Of a stretch of 64,000 bases of DNA, positions 50,171 through 60,421 are shown one piece after another. The first letter of the stretch is position 1. Every line of letters begins with the position of its first letter. The stretch comes from an uncultured Pelagibacteraceae bacterium (GTDB taxonomy: Bacteria > Pseudomonadota > Alphaproteobacteria > Pelagibacterales > Pelagibacteraceae), in the NCBI GenBank assembly GCA_902562205.1, contig CACESO010000004.1:6665-70664 (forward strand), read 5' to 3'. The translations under genes and the position numbers were made by a program. Under the pieces are notes generated by a model. It was not told where the DNA came from. It did no database searches and was given only the letters and a program-made list of their open reading frames with translations.

Positions 50171-51498
50171 TGTTTTTATCAAAATCATTTATTCCACTAT
50201 TAAAAAATTATCCTTCTGAGGCAAAAATTAAATCACACAAATTAATGTTGAGATTGGGAATGATTAAACAATCATCAGCAGGTATTTATTCTTGGCTTCC
50301 GCTTGGCTTCAAAGTGATGAAGAAAATTGAACAAATAGTCAGGGAGGAACAAAATAAAATAGGTGCTCAAGAAATATTAATGCCAACAATACAATCCTCT
50401 GAAATTTGGAAAGAAAGTGGAAGATATGAAGATTATGGAGAGGAGATGCTTAGAATTAAAGATAGGCAGAACAGAGAAATTTTATATGGTCCAACTAATG
50501 AAGAGTTAGTTACAGATATTTTTAGAAACAGTATAAAATCATATAAATCACTTCCTCAATTATTGTATCATATACAATGGAAATTTAGAGATGAACTAAG
50601 ACCAAGATTTGGGATAATGAGATGTAGAGAATTTTTTATGAAAGATGCATATTCATTTGACCTTAGTGATGATGATGCAGAATTTTCATATAACAAATTT
50701 TTTCTATCATATTTAAAAACTTTTAAGAGATTAGAATTATCAGCAATACCGATGACAGCTGAAACGGGGCCAATTGGTGGGAGCTTGTCACATGAATTTA
50801 TTATTTTAGCTGAAACTGGTGAAAGTAAAATTTATACTGACAAAAGAATTTTTGAAGTAAACCACGATAATTATAAATTAGAAAAAGAGTCTTTAAAAAA
50901 ACTAAGAGTTGAATATGACCAATTTTACGCTGTCACAGATGAGAAAATTGACAACAAAGAGTTTAACAACAAGGTTGATAAAAAAAATCAGTTAGAGACC
51001 AAAGGTATTGAAGTCGGTCATATTTTTTACTTTGGTGACAAGTATTCAAAACCAATGAATGCCGCTGTTGATAAAGATGGTAAAAAAATTTTTGTAAAAA
51101 TGGGTTCTTATGGAATTGGAGTTTCAAGATTAGTTGGTGCCTTAATTGAGGCAAATTTTGATGAGAAAAATGAAGTTATGAAATGGCCAGTATCAGTTTC
51201 TCCTTTTGAATGTGCAATTATTTGTTTTGCATCTAAAAATGATACCACAAGTATTGAAATGGGTATTAAAGTAAAAAATTTTTTAGAACAGAATAATATT
51301 GAAACAATTTTAGACGATTCAGACGAAAATTTTTCAGGAAAGTTAAAAAAATTTAATTTAATTGGAATACCATTTCAAATTCTAATTGGAAAAAATCCTG
51401 ATAAAAATAAAGTTGAGTTTAAAGAAGTGGGGAACGATAGCAAGATGATAAGTCTTGAAGAAGCCCTTAGTTTCATTAAATCCAAAAAAATAAATTGA
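50170..51498 (+). CDS. proS: Proline-tRNA ligase (short form)
   Basis: GIYSWLPLG, GPTNEE, KFRDE.RPRFG..R.REF.MKDAY, GIEVGHIF, MGSYGIGVSR. Confidence 0.96.
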   Translation: MFLSKSFIPLLKNYPSEAKIKSHKLMLRLGMIKQSSAGIYSWLPLGFKVMKKIEQIVREEQNKIGAQEILMPTIQSSEIWKESGRYEDYGEEMLRIKDRQNREILYGPTNEELVTDIFRNSIKSYKSLPQLLYHIQWKFRDELRPRFGIMRCREFFMKDAYSFDLSDDDAEFSYNKFFLSYLKTFKRLELSAIPMTAETGPIGGSLSHEFIILAETGESKIYTDKRIFEVNHDNYKLEKESLKKLRVEYDQFYAVTDEKIDNKEFNNKVDKKNQLETKGIEVGHIFYFGDKYSKPMNAAVDKDGKKIFVKMGSYGIGVSRLVGALIEANFDEKNEVMKWPVSVSPFECAIICFASKNDTTSIEMGIKVKNFLEQNNIETILDDSDENFSGKLKKFNLIGIPFQILIGKNPDKNKVEFKEVGNDSKMISLEEALSFIKSKKIN

Positions 51499-52724
51499 TC
51501 TCAACTTTAGAAAAAAAAATAATTTTTAGATATCTTAAAACTAGAAAAAAAGATGGTTTTTTAAATATTATCACTTTATTTTCTTTCTTAGGTATAAGTT
51601 TAGGCGTGGCAGTTTTGATTATAGTTATGTCTGTAATGAATGGGTTTAGGTCAGAGTTGATAAACAAGATAACTAATTTCAACGCACATGTTATCGTAAA
51701 ACCCTATGATAAGAAAATAGATCAAAAAAAAATAGATAACGAGTTTTTAAAAAATATATCTTCAAATTTGATATTAAGCAATAATGGAGAGGGAATACTT
51801 TTAAATGATGAAATTACTAAAGGTATTTTAGTTAGAGGCTATTCTGAAAATGACTTTCAAAAATTGAATATTGTAAATAATAAATATTTTAGAGGCGATA
51901 AAAAAATCTTAGAGAATAATATATCGATAGGGAGTGATTTAAGTTATGACCTCGAATTAAAAATTGGTGACCGAATTTCAATAATTTCACCTTCTGGTGA
52001 AAATACAATCATTGGATCCATACCTCGACAAAAAACTTTTAAAATAAGTTCTATATTTGATAGTAGGTTTGCTGAGTTTAATAATTCTGTTGTATTTATT
52101 AATCTTAAAGATCTACAAGGCTTGTTTGATTTAAAAAAAGGAAATAATTTCTTAGAAATTTATTTATATAAACCTGACAAAATTGAGATTTATCGTGAAA
52201 AGCTAATGTCGATTTTTACCGACGAATATATATTTACCTGGTCAGATTTAAACAAACCATTATTTTCCGCCTTAAAAGTAGAAAGAAATGTTATGTTCAT
52301 TATATTATCTTTAATAATCATAGTTGCTGCTTTTAACATTATTTCAGGTCTTACTATTTTAGTAAAAAATAAAACTAGGGAAATTGCTATATTAAAATCA
52401 ATAGGTGTTTCAAACTTTTCTATTCGAAAAATATTTTTTTTTATTGGATTTTTAATAGGATTTTTAGCAACAATTATGGGAGTTGTAATAGGTGTAACTT
52501 TCTCTCTTTATATTGAGGAGATAAGAATGTTAATTAGTAATGTCTTTAATATAAGTTTATTTCCTGAAGAAATATATTTTTTAAGTACTATTCCATATCA
52601 AATAGATTTTTGGTCAATATCTTTAATATCAAGTTGTTCAATTATAATGACTTGTTTAGTCTCAATATACCCCGCAACTAAAGCAGCAAAATTAGATACA
52701 ATTAAATCATTAAAATATGAATAA
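51495..52724 (+). CDS. lolE: Lipoprotein-releasing ABC transporter permease (LolC/E)
   Basis: LIIVMSVMNGF, VAAFNII, EIAILK..G, YPA.KAA. Confidence 0.9.
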   Translation: MISTLEKKIIFRYLKTRKKDGFLNIITLFSFLGISLGVAVLIIVMSVMNGFRSELINKITNFNAHVIVKPYDKKIDQKKIDNEFLKNISSNLILSNNGEGILLNDEITKGILVRGYSENDFQKLNIVNNKYFRGDKKILENNISIGSDLSYDLELKIGDRISIISPSGENTIIGSIPRQKTFKISSIFDSRFAEFNNSVVFINLKDLQGLFDLKKGNNFLEIYLYKPDKIEIYREKLMSIFTDEYIFTWSDLNKPLFSALKVERNVMFIILSLIIIVAAFNIISGLTILVKNKTREIAILKSIGVSNFSIRKIFFFIGFLIGFLATIMGVVIGVTFSLYIEEIRMLISNVFNISLFPEEIYFLSTIPYQIDFWSISLISSCSIIMTCLVSIYPATKAAKLDTIKSLKYE

Positions 52725-53400
52725 TATTATAGAACTAAACAATATTTCAAAGATATTTGATAATAAAAAAAAAATCACTGTCCTTAAAAATTTAAATTTC
52801 AAATTTAAAAAAGGGAAAATTTATTCATTATCTGGACCCTCTGGATCCGGAAAATCAACCTTACTAAATTTATTATCATTAATAGATAGGCCATCATCAG
52901 GAAATATTAAAATTGATAATCAAAATATAAATAACAACGAAATTGAGATTAACGACAAAATTAGATCTAGTAATATTGGGATTGTTTATCAAGAGAAAAA
53001 CTTATTGCCTGATTTTACGGCTATTGAAAATGTTTGCATAGCCAGCTTAGCTGCTAATAATAATTATAAAATAGCAGAACAAGAATCATTAAAGATTATT
53101 CAAAAAGTTGGCTTAAAAGATAGGATTAATCATTATCCATCAGAATTATCAGGAGGAGAAATGCAAAGAATTGCGATATCGAGAGCAATAGTAAATAAAC
53201 CTAGAATAATACTAGCTGATGAACCAACTGGAAGTTTAGATCACGAAAACGCAAATCAAATATTTAACCTACTCTTTAAATTAAAAAATAAAGATCGTGT
53301 TATAATATTTGCAACTCATAATAGATTTTTTGCTAATAAAGCAGACTATAAAATTTCCTTAAGTAATGGTAAAATCAGAACCATTAATGGAAAAATCTAA
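52717..53400 (+). CDS. lolD: Lipoprotein-releasing ABC transporter ATPase
   Basis: GPSGSGKS, LSGGEMQR, LADEPTG.LD; follows lolE. Confidence 0.9.
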   Translation: MNNIIELNNISKIFDNKKKITVLKNLNFKFKKGKIYSLSGPSGSGKSTLLNLLSLIDRPSSGNIKIDNQNINNNEIEINDKIRSSNIGIVYQEKNLLPDFTAIENVCIASLAANNNYKIAEQESLKIIQKVGLKDRINHYPSELSGGEMQRIAISRAIVNKPRIILADEPTGSLDHENANQIFNLLFKLKNKDRVIIFATHNRFFANKADYKISLSNGKIRTINGKI

Positions 53401-56400
53401 AAAAACATTTAATCACTTAAAAATACATACCCAGTATTCTATTTGTGAAGGCGCCATAAAAATTGATGATCTTAGTAAATATTGCAAAGACAAAAAGATT
53501 AAGGCGATTGGAATGTCAGATACATCAAATTTATGTGGATCTCTAGAATTCTCAGAACAAATTTCCAAGTCAAAAACACAGCCTATAATTGGATCCCAAA
53601 TTAAGTTTAAATTCGATGATATAATTGGATCATTACCTATTATAGCCAAAAATAGTGATGGTTACAAAGAACTGATTAATTTGTCATCCAAATCTTTTCT
53701 TGAGAACTCTGAGATAAATGATCCACATTGTAAAATAGAATTATTATTTAATTGTTCTAAAAATTTAATAATTCTATCAGGAGGTATTAATAATTTATCA
53801 GGTATTCTTTTTCAAAAAGGGAGAGTTGACGAGCTTGAAAAACTTTACTTTTCTTTAAATAAAAATTTTGGTGATAACTTCTATATTGAAATTCAAAGAC
53901 ATGGTGATTTAAATGAAAAAAATTTTGAAAACTTCAATTTATCCGTTTCAAAAAAAATTAATGCTCCCATAATAGCAACTAATGAGGTTTATTATTTAGA
54001 CAAAGAAATGAGCGAAGCACATGATGCATTACTTTGTATTGGTTCAAAAAATTATATAAACGATAAACACAGAATAAAGTTAACAGATAATCATTATTTC
54101 AAAAGTGACGAAGAAATGAAGGAAATATTCAGTGATTTACCCGAGGCTTTGGAAAATAATTACAATTTACCATTTAGGTGCAGCTTCAGACCTGAATATT
54201 CCAAACCATTATTACCAGATATAAACTCAAATAATAATATTTCATCTGATGAGCAATTAAAAAAAGATGCAAATGAAGGTTTAATAAATAAATTTAAGGA
54301 AAAATTCGAAGATGAAAATTTTAAAGGTGAAAAATTTTTAAAATATAAAAAAAGACTAGATCACGAAATAAACATAATATGTGAGATGAATTATTCTAGT
54401 TATTTTTTAATTGTATCCGATTACATCATATGGGCGAAAAAAAATAATATACCAGTTGGACCAGGTAGAGGGTCCGGTGCTGGTTCATTAGTAGCATGGT
54501 GTTTACAAATTACTGACGTAGACCCAATTTATTTTGATTTGATTTTTGAGAGATTTTTAAACCCAGACCGTATTTCCATGCCTGATTTTGATATTGATTT
54601 TTGTGAGGAAAAACGTGATTTAGTTTTTGAGTATCTTAACAAAAAGTACAAGGACTCAGTCGCTCATATTATTACATTCGGCAAACTAAAAGCTAGAATG
54701 GTTATTAGAGACGTAGGTAGAGTAATGGGTCTTCCATATGGTTTTGTCGATAGTATATGCAAGATGATTCCTTTTGATCCTTCAAGACCAATGAGTTTAA
54801 ATGAATGTATAAATTCAGAGCCAAGATTACAAAAAATTATAAATGAGGATAAAAGGGTCGATAAACTTATTAAACTCTCCCTTAAACTAGAGGGTTTAAA
54901 TAGAAATTTTGCAACACATGCTGCTGGAGTAGTAATAGCTGATAAAAAATTAATTGACACTGTTCCATTGTATAAAGACACCTCATCAAATTTACTTTTA
55001 CCATCAACACAGTTTGATATGTACTCTGCTGAAAATTCTGGCCTTATTAAATTTGATTTTTTGGGACTAAAGACGCTTACTGTAATAAACAACACTATTA
55101 AACTTTTAAATAAAAAAAAAATTGATTTCAATATAGAGAAAATAAATTATGAAGATCAAACAGTTTTTGATTTGTTATCATCAGGTAAAACTGTTGGCCT
55201 ATTTCAACTTGAGAGCGCTGGAATGAGAGATGCTCTCACTCAAATGAAACCAAATAGGTTAGAGGACATTATAGCACTAGTTGCTCTTTATAGACCAGGC
55301 CCTATGAGCAATATTCCAATTTATAATGATTGTAAGCACGGAAAAAGAACACCAGATTATTTGCATCCAAAATTAGAAAATATATTAAAATCAACCTATG
55401 GAGTAATTATTTATCAAGAACAAGTGATGCAAATCGCACAAGTTTTGTCAGGTTTTACTGCAGGTGAAGCAGATATTCTAAGACGCGCTATGGGGAAAAA
55501 GAAAAGAGCAGAATTAGAAAAACAGAAGGCAAGATTTATAGATGGAGCATATCAAAATGGTATACAAAAAGATATTGCTGCAGGCATTTTTTTAAAGATT
55601 GAACCATTTGCAGAGTATGGTTTTAATAAAAGTCATGCTGCAGCTTATGCAATTATAGCTTATCAAACAGCATATCTAAAAACACATTTTACTAATGAAT
55701 TTTTTTCTGCATCTATGTCAATGGAAATGTCAAATCAAAAAAAATTAGGAGAGTTTTATGAGGAACTAAAAAGACTCGACATAAATATAATATCGCCCGA
55801 TATAAACTTATGTAATGCCGATTTTTATTCTGATACAAAAAACTTTTATTATGCTTTAGGTGCGTTAAAGAATGTCGGATACGAGGCAATTTCCAACATA
55901 GTCAGAGAAAGAGAAAAAAATGGTAAATTTAAATCCTTAAATGACTTTATAAATAGAGTAAACCCGAAAGATATAAACAAACTCCAAATGGAGGCCCTTA
56001 CAAAGGGAGGCGCATTTGATAATGTTTTTAAGGACAGGAAATCAATTTTTGAATCAATACCTAGTTTAATATCTAAATCAAAAAATATTTTTGAAAACAA
56101 GTCTTTAAATCAAATCGATTTATTTACTAATAGTGAAGAATCTAATAACAGCGAAGTAGTAGATAATCTTGGTGAATGGAGTTTTCAGGAAAAAATGGCA
56201 AAAGAGTTTGAAACTGTTGGTTTTTTTATATCGGATCATCCACTTAATCAGTATCATGAAATATTTAAGGAATTTAACATTCTTTCTTATAAAAAAATTA
56301 ATGAAGAGAAAGGAATTAGTGAAGGATCAGTTGCAGCAACTATTTTAAAAATTCAAGAAAAGAAAACACAAAAAGGAACATCATATGCAATAATTAAATT

Positions 56401-56794
56401 TTCAGATCAATCAAGTATATTTGAATTGTTTGTCTTTTCCGATACGCTTGAATTAAATCGAATTAAGATTAAAGAGGGAAATTCAGTAATCTTGTCTATT
56501 CAGAAAATTGCCAAGCAAAATGATCCTCAATCTACGAGATTAAATGTCAAAAAGATAATTTCATTAGACGACCTTATTAACAAACCGATTAATTCTATAA
56601 GTTTTAAAGTTAAAAATGTTGATGAAGTCGATATATTATCCAAAATGTTGAAAAAGGGTGGAGATGTTGAGGTAAACATCAATATTGTATCGAGCGATAA
56701 GGCTTATAAAGTAAAACTTAAAGATAAGCGTTTTATTGATAGAAAAACTGTAAATCTTATTAAAAATCAAGGAATTTTAGCAACAATTCATTGA
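53387..56794 (+). CDS. dnaE: DNA polymerase III alpha subunit
   Basis: Likely start ATG 53387; PHP domain, GPGRGSGAGS, FERFLNP.R.SMPDFDIDF, YGFNKSHAAAY. Confidence 0.97.
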   Translation: MEKSKKTFNHLKIHTQYSICEGAIKIDDLSKYCKDKKIKAIGMSDTSNLCGSLEFSEQISKSKTQPIIGSQIKFKFDDIIGSLPIIAKNSDGYKELINLSSKSFLENSEINDPHCKIELLFNCSKNLIILSGGINNLSGILFQKGRVDELEKLYFSLNKNFGDNFYIEIQRHGDLNEKNFENFNLSVSKKINAPIIATNEVYYLDKEMSEAHDALLCIGSKNYINDKHRIKLTDNHYFKSDEEMKEIFSDLPEALENNYNLPFRCSFRPEYSKPLLPDINSNNNISSDEQLKKDANEGLINKFKEKFEDENFKGEKFLKYKKRLDHEINIICEMNYSSYFLIVSDYIIWAKKNNIPVGPGRGSGAGSLVAWCLQITDVDPIYFDLIFERFLNPDRISMPDFDIDFCEEKRDLVFEYLNKKYKDSVAHIITFGKLKARMVIRDVGRVMGLPYGFVDSICKMIPFDPSRPMSLNECINSEPRLQKIINEDKRVDKLIKLSLKLEGLNRNFATHAAGVVIADKKLIDTVPLYKDTSSNLLLPSTQFDMYSAENSGLIKFDFLGLKTLTVINNTIKLLNKKKIDFNIEKINYEDQTVFDLLSSGKTVGLFQLESAGMRDALTQMKPNRLEDIIALVALYRPGPMSNIPIYNDCKHGKRTPDYLHPKLENILKSTYGVIIYQEQVMQIAQVLSGFTAGEADILRRAMGKKKRAELEKQKARFIDGAYQNGIQKDIAAGIFLKIEPFAEYGFNKSHAAAYAIIAYQTAYLKTHFTNEFFSASMSMEMSNQKKLGEFYEELKRLDINIISPDINLCNADFYSDTKNFYYALGALKNVGYEAISNIVREREKNGKFKSLNDFINRVNPKDINKLQMEALTKGGAFDNVFKDRKSIFESIPSLISKSKNIFENKSLNQIDLFTNSEESNNSEVVDNLGEWSFQEKMAKEFETVGFFISDHPLNQYHEIFKEFNILSYKKINEEKGISEGSVAATILKIQEKKTQKGTSYAIIKFSDQSSIFELFVFSDTLELNRIKIKEGNSVILSIQKIAKQNDPQSTRLNVKKIISLDDLINKPINSISFKVKNVDEVDILSKMLKKGGDVEVNINIVSSDKAYKVKLKDKRFIDRKTVNLIKNQGILATIH

Positions 56795-56839
56795 TTTATC
56801 CCTTGCCTTTAGCTCGATAAATTTATAAAACGCTCTAAA

Positions 56840-56912
56840 AATACGCACAAAGCTTTTGGTTAATAACCTCCGGTCCTTAAATGGAAATAGCTTTGGTGGT
56901 ACAACCGGGAAA
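56840..56912 (+). promoter_or_regulatory. rpsB (S2) leader RNA, pseudoknot-forming
   Basis: ACGCAC start; crossing pairings AAAGCU/AGCUUU and CCGGU/ACCGG; internal GGUUA/UAACC repeat; upstream TTGCCT-N17-TAAAAC promoter candidate. Confidence 0.7.
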
Positions 56913-56916
56913 AATT

Positions 56917-57687
56917 ATGAAAATACCTAACTTATCAATACAACAACTTTTGGAAGCAGGAGTGCATCTTGGTCATAAAACTTTAAGATGGAATCCAAAA
57001 ATGAAGAAATATATTTTTGGCAAAAGAGACTCTGTTCATATTATTGATTTAACACAAACCCTAGAACTTACAAATAAAGCACTAGAAAAAATTTACGAGA
57101 CTATTTCAAATAATGGTAAAATATTGTTTATCTCAACAAAGAAACAAGCTTCGGAAGCTATTGCGGACTTAGCAAAATCTACTGACCAATACTTTGTAAA
57201 TTATCGATGGTTGGGAGGTATGTTGACCAACTGGGGCACCATATCAAATTCTATAAAAAAACTTCATAAAATTAATACCGACTTAAAATCAGAAAATAGA
57301 GGATTCACAAAAAAAGAACTTTTAAAAATGAGCATTCAAAGAGATAAACTTCAAAGATCTTTGGGAGGCATATCTGATATGAAAAAGGTTCCTGATTTAG
57401 TTTTCATTATTGATACAAACTATGAGTCACTTGCTATAAAAGAGTCTATAAAATTGAATATCCCGATAATAGCTATACTTGATACGAATTCAGATCCAGA
57501 GGGTATAGACTTTCCAATACCAGGTAATGATGATGCCAGAAGATCAATTGATCTCTATTGTTCTTTAGTAAAAGAAACAATTAACAATGCTAAGAAAAAT
57601 ATTCCTGAGGACGTAAAAAAAAATGGTGAACAAAAAGTTATAACACCCAAATCCTCTTCTTCTCCATTAAAAAAAAAGATTAATTAA
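56917..57687 (+). CDS. rpsB: 30S ribosomal protein S2
   Basis: Start moved to ATG 56917; LLEAGVHLGH..RWNPKM, RWLGGMLTN, PGNDDA. Confidence 0.97.
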   Translation: MKIPNLSIQQLLEAGVHLGHKTLRWNPKMKKYIFGKRDSVHIIDLTQTLELTNKALEKIYETISNNGKILFISTKKQASEAIADLAKSTDQYFVNYRWLGGMLTNWGTISNSIKKLHKINTDLKSENRGFTKKELLKMSIQRDKLQRSLGGISDMKKVPDLVFIIDTNYESLAIKESIKLNIPIIAILDTNSDPEGIDFPIPGNDDARRSIDLYCSLVKETINNAKKNIPEDVKKNGEQKVITPKSSSSPLKKKIN

Positions 57688-57691
57688 TTAA

Positions 57692-58543
57692 ATGAGTGAT
57701 CTTGAGAGTGTAAAAAAGTTAAGAAGCACCACTGGTGCAGGTTTTAAGGATTGTAATAGTGCTTTAAAAGAAGCTTCAGGAAATTTAGAAAAAGCAATAG
57801 AAATTTTAAGAATAAAAGGAGTTTCAAAAGCTTCAAAAAAAATGTCTAGAGAGGCTAATGAAGGCCTTGTGTTTATTTGCGGTGATGAAAAAAAAACATC
57901 TATAATTGAAATTAATTGTGAGACAGATTTTGTTGCTAAGAATGATGATTTTTTGAACTTCACTAAAGAAATTGGAGAGATAAATAATTATGTAAATTCG
58001 GATACAGAAAAACTCAATAATAGTAAAATGAAAAACGGATCAACTACATCTCAAAATTTAATTGATTTAATAGCAAAAATTGGTGAAAAAATTACTATAG
58101 GAAGATCAAAAACAATACAAAACTCTAAATCCAAAATTTTTACTTATAATCATTCAATTGTTAAAGATAATCTATCTAAACTTGGTGTTGTTGTAAGTTT
58201 AGAATTTGAAAAAAGCTCGAAAGACATTGAGCAATTTGGCAAACAACTCTCAATGCATATTGCTGCATCAAATCCAATGGTAATAGATAAAAAAGATATC
58301 AAAGATGATGTTATCGAAAAAGAAAAAAAAATTATTGAAGAAGAACTTAAGAATCTTGGCAAACCTAAAGAAATTGCTCAAAAAATAAGTCTTGGTAAAA
58401 TTAACAAATTTAAAGAAGATAATAGTCTGCTCACTCAAGATTGGGTTATGGATCCTAAGTTTAAAGTCAAAGATGTTTTAAATAAAGTTGATTCTAAAAG
58501 TTTGAAGATAAAAGATTTTATTAGAATTAAAATTGGTGAATAA
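57692..58543 (+). CDS. tsf: Elongation factor Ts
   Basis: [30 protein letters not shown]. Confidence 0.97.
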   Translation: MSDLESVKKLRSTTGAGFKDCNSALKEASGNLEKAIEILRIKGVSKASKKMSREANEGLVFICGDEKKTSIIEINCETDFVAKNDDFLNFTKEIGEINNYVNSDTEKLNNSKMKNGSTTSQNLIDLIAKIGEKITIGRSKTIQNSKSKIFTYNHSIVKDNLSKLGVVVSLEFEKSSKDIEQFGKQLSMHIAASNPMVIDKKDIKDDVIEKEKKIIEEELKNLGKPKEIAQKISLGKINKFKEDNSLLTQDWVMDPKFKVKDVLNKVDSKSLKIKDFIRIKIGE

Positions 58544-59094
58544 TGTTTAAAGAAAACCTGTATAATCAAAAAATGACTAAAACATTCGATGTTTTTGTGA
58601 AAGAGCTGACATCTTTAAGAACAGGTAGAGCAAATGCAAGTATGCTCGACATCATTAAAGTAGATGTATATGGCCAAAAAATGCCAATAAATCAATTAGC
58701 AACCATTACGACTCCAGAGCCGAGAGTTATAAATATTCAAGTTTGGGACTCTAACAATGTTGCCCTTGTAGATTCTGCAGTTAAAAAATCAGATTTAGGT
58801 TTAAACCCACAAATAGATGGACAATTAATAAGACTTCCGATTCCAGATTTAAGTGAAGAAAGAAGAATGGAAATTAAGAAGGTGATTAAAACAATGGGTG
58901 AAAAATGTAAAGTTTCAATTAGAAATATTAGGAGAGAAGGCAACGATGAATTAAAAAAAAAACTCAAATCAAAAGAAATTAGCGAAGATGATGAAAAGAA
59001 ATTTGAAAAAATAATTCAATCTTATACAGATAATTTTGTAAAAAAAATTGAAGAGAAAGTCTCAATTAAAGAAAAAGAAATAATGACAATATGA
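58543..59094 (+). CDS. frr: Ribosome recycling factor
   Basis: LRTGRA, LNPQ.DG, P.LSEERR, IRNIRR. Confidence 0.96.
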   Translation: MFKENLYNQKMTKTFDVFVKELTSLRTGRANASMLDIIKVDVYGQKMPINQLATITTPEPRVINIQVWDSNNVALVDSAVKKSDLGLNPQIDGQLIRLPIPDLSEERRMEIKKVIKTMGEKCKVSIRNIRREGNDELKKKLKSKEISEDDEKKFEKIIQSYTDNFVKKIEEKVSIKEKEIMTI

Positions 59095-59762
59095 ACCCTG
59101 TAAATCATATGGCCATAATAATGGATGGTAATGGTCGTTGGGGTTTAAAACATAGAAACTCAAGAAATCTAGGCCATAAAGAAGGATTAAAATCTGTTGA
59201 GATGGTTATGAGATATTGTATCAAAAAACGCATTAAATTTTTGACTTTGTATGCATTTTCTACTGAGAACTGGAAAAGACCTTTAAAGGAACGAAATTAT
59301 CTTTTTAATCTTTTAGAGATTTATCTTAAAGAAAAATTAGAAAAAATAAATAACGAAAAAATAAGAATAAAGATCATAGGAGAAAAAAATTTTTCAAAAG
59401 GACTCAATAAGTTATTGGACTTTGCTGAAAAGAAAACAATAAAAAATACGAAACTTCAAATAAACTTAGCATTGAATTACGGGTCTAAAAAAGAATTAAT
59501 ATATGCTTTTAATAAGTTAAAGAAAAGAAAAGGTGTTACAGAAAATGATGTTAATAAAAGTTTATATACGAAAAATATCCCAGACCCTGAAATTCTTGTT
59601 CGAACCGGAAATACTCAAAGACTTAGTAACTTTCTTTTATGGCAAATCGCATACACAGAAATATTCTTTGAAAAAAAATTGTGGCCAGATTTTAAGAGAG
59701 AAGATTTAAATAAGATAATGAAAAAATTTAGTAAAGTAAAAAGAAATTTTGGAAAAATATAG
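59091..59762 (+). CDS. uppS: Undecaprenyl diphosphate synthase
   Basis: IIMDGNGRW, YAFSTENWKRP, RTG..QRLSNFLLWQ. Confidence 0.96.
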   Translation: MNPVNHMAIIMDGNGRWGLKHRNSRNLGHKEGLKSVEMVMRYCIKKRIKFLTLYAFSTENWKRPLKERNYLFNLLEIYLKEKLEKINNEKIRIKIIGEKNFSKGLNKLLDFAEKKTIKNTKLQINLALNYGSKKELIYAFNKLKKRKGVTENDVNKSLYTKNIPDPEILVRTGNTQRLSNFLLWQIAYTEIFFEKKLWPDFKREDLNKIMKKFSKVKRNFGKI

Positions 59763-60418
59763 TGAATTCAGAATTATACAAAAGAATTATTTCATCGCTC
59801 TTTTTAATGTGCTTAGTGTTTTTATGTGCTCTTACTAATGATTATATTTTTTTGAGTATATTATTCATCGTTTTAATATTAAGTTGGATTGAATGGATTA
59901 AAATCATTGAAAAAATAAGTATTAAAAAAATTTACCGTATTATTCATATCATTTTATTTTTCATATATCTTTTATTAGTATTTATCATTTGTTTTAATGT
60001 TTTTGTTATTGATAAATACTTTTTTTTAACAATACTAATGATTTGTGTTTTTTCAGATGTTGGCGGATATATCTTTGGGAAAACATTCGGGGGAAAAAAA
60101 CTTACTAAGATTAGTCCAAATAAAACTATATCTGGATCTGTGGGTTCTCTCGTTTTATCCTTTGTTGGTTTTTTTGCAATATATTTTTATTTTAATGATC
60201 TTCTCTTTGTGAGATTACAAATAGAAACCTTGTTTTTTATACCACTTATTATTTCTTTAATTTGTCAGATAGGAGATTTATTTATCTCTTATTACAAAAG
60301 AAAAGCTAAAATTAAGAACACAGGAAGTATTATACCTGGTCATGGAGGCTTACTAGATAGAATTGATGGGATAATTTTTGCTTTGCCGATCGGTTTTATT
60401 ATAATATCCCTTTTTTAA
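59762..60418 (+). CDS. cdsA: Phosphatidate cytidylyltransferase
   Basis: SD.GGY..GK, ISPNKT, GDLF.S..KR, IPGHGGLLDRIDG. Confidence 0.93.
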   Translation: MNSELYKRIISSLFLMCLVFLCALTNDYIFLSILFIVLILSWIEWIKIIEKISIKKIYRIIHIILFFIYLLLVFIICFNVFVIDKYFFLTILMICVFSDVGGYIFGKTFGGKKLTKISPNKTISGSVGSLVLSFVGFFAIYFYFNDLLFVRLQIETLFFIPLIISLICQIGDLFISYYKRKAKIKNTGSIIPGHGGLLDRIDGIIFALPIGFIIISLF

Positions 60419-60421
60419 ATA

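Noticed and set aside
50170-51498. ProRS lacking the editing insertion domain
   Set aside because: The short form is usual in many alphaproteobacteria.
53387-56794. Possible intein or split in dnaE
   Set aside because: Normal length and continuous motifs; no intein signature seen.
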